Shown here: in pieces, positions 63,216-64,000 of the stretch | Layout of the letters: the number at the start of each line of letters is the position of its first letter | Position numbering within the stretch: position 1 is the stretch's first letter | Assembly (NCBI GenBank): GCA_023382335.1 | Contig: JAMCPM010000011.1 | Coordinates: 65,229 to 129,228 of the forward strand | Direction: 5' to 3' | Length of the DNA stretch: 64,000 bases | Source of the DNA: Actinomycetota bacterium | GTDB taxonomy: Bacteria; Actinomycetota; Thermoleophilia; BMS3ABIN01 | Program-made: the position numbers and the translations under genes | Notes under the pieces: model-generated | Seen by the model: only the letters and a program-made list of their open reading frames with translations | Told to the model about the DNA's origin: nothing | The model's database searches: none

Positions 63216-63524
63216 TCACCTCATCCAGCGCGCTGTGATATCCTGCGGGGTGTTGGCCTCCTCGATGAGCTCCTTGCCTGTCGAGACCTTGTCGATACTG
63301 TGGATGCTGCCCCCGCTTTCCTGGATCACTGCGGCTACTTCATCAAAATTGATATAAGGCCCTTCCAGGGTGATCTTGATGTTCTCGACCTTGTTATCGA
63401 TCTCGTTGAGGACCAGGTCGGTTCCTTCGACCCCTTCCAGATCACCAAGCTTGACCGCCAGGTCAAGGATGGTAGGCTGATGGGGTTTCAATACGTCAAG
63501 TACAAGCCTGCGCACTTTACTCAA
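63216..63524 (-). CDS. DUF211-family small protein
   Basis: RRLVLDVLKPHQPTILDLAVKLGDLEGVEG signature. Confidence 0.5.
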   Translation of the reverse strand: MSKVRRLVLDVLKPHQPTILDLAVKLGDLEGVEGTDLVLNEIDNKVENIKITLEGPYINFDEVAAVIQESGGSIHSIDKVSTGKELIEEANTPQDITARWMR

Positions 63525-63586
63525 GTCTGCTCACTCTCCATTGCTCGCTTTATTAAAAGTTCCGGACTTCCCGGAAATAATATCAT

Positions 63587-64000
63587 CTAGATTCCCGAAC
63601 CGCGGTAATAATCAAACACGCGATCGAGCTCACGCTCGCCTTCTTCCTGCGCTTTTTCAATTTCTTCCCGCTTTTCCGGAAAAGCCGACTTGAATTCATT
63701 CTCCAGCTCGACCAGCCGGCGTACCAGTGATTGCATGGCGTCGGCCACGGGATCTGGCAGATGGGTCCAGTCGACGTCTGCGGCGCCTACCTTGCGGCCG
63801 CGTTCACGCACCGGCCTGCCCGGATTGCCGACCACGGTCGAATCGGGGGGCACGTCGTGGATGACGATGCTGCCGGCGCCGATCTTGGCGTTCTCACCGA
63901 CAGTGACCGATCCCAGCACCTTGGCGCCGGCGCCCACGGTCACGTTGTCCATGAGCGTTGGGTGGCGCTTGCCGGTCTCTTTGCCGGTCCCTCCCAGGGT
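63587..64000 (-). CDS. Hexapeptide-repeat acetyltransferase, serine O-acetyltransferase (CysE)-like, N-terminus beyond window end
   Basis: Left-handed beta-helix repeats VTVGAGAKVLGSVTVGENAKIGAGSIVIHDVPPDSTVVGNPG with a C-terminal helical tail. Confidence 0.55.
   Translation of the reverse strand, partial: TLGGTGKETGKRHPTLMDNVTVGAGAKVLGSVTVGENAKIGAGSIVIHDVPPDSTVVGNPGRPVRERGRKVGAADVDWTHLPDPVADAMQSLVRRLVELENEFKSAFPEKREEIEKAQEEGERELDRVFDYYRGSGI

Overview
This is a high-GC bacterial chromosomal segment; the phylum is not assignable from sequence alone. Its centre is a complete adk-sat-aprBA-qmoABC cluster for dissimilatory APS/sulfate metabolism (27857-37543) that ends in a strong intrinsic terminator. 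Housekeeping genes frame it: type-2 ileS, serS, pcrA/uvrD, thiC behind a TPP-riboswitch-like leader, galE, and a partial cysE-like gene at the window end. There are six tRNA genes: four Ser isoacceptors (UGA, GCU, CGA, GGA) and two Arg (ACG, CCG). tadA lies directly downstream of its substrate tRNA-Arg(ACG), and tRNA-Ser(CGA) carries a small low-GC islet holding a 5'-truncated IS3-family transposase and glyoxalase/VOC genes. Accessory content includes a cell-envelope glycosylation locus (GtrA, two PepSY/GT87-like polytopic proteins, a YmdB-like phosphoesterase, GalE, a Wzy_C/O-antigen-ligase-TPR fusion and a lipoprotein phosphoesterase). It also includes a TusA-DsrE2 pair, further DsrE-like and GcvH-like genes, an arsR-acr3 module with a perfect palindromic operator, and a 1075-aa secreted hydrolase-like protein with four ~318-bp tandem coding repeats. 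Two genes are decayed: a PAS-GAF-PP2C sensor phosphatase with at least four frameshifts, and a LigB-type dioxygenase remnant. The most notable candidates are a thioredoxin-fold lipoprotein whose UxxC motif depends on reading an in-frame TGA as selenocysteine, an unannotated 52-aa signal-peptide His/Cys peptide gene in a 750-bp intergenic region, and a SufS-like desulfurase that lacks a canonical start and is in frame with the upstream ORF across a TAG. No CRISPR array or recognisable defence system was seen.
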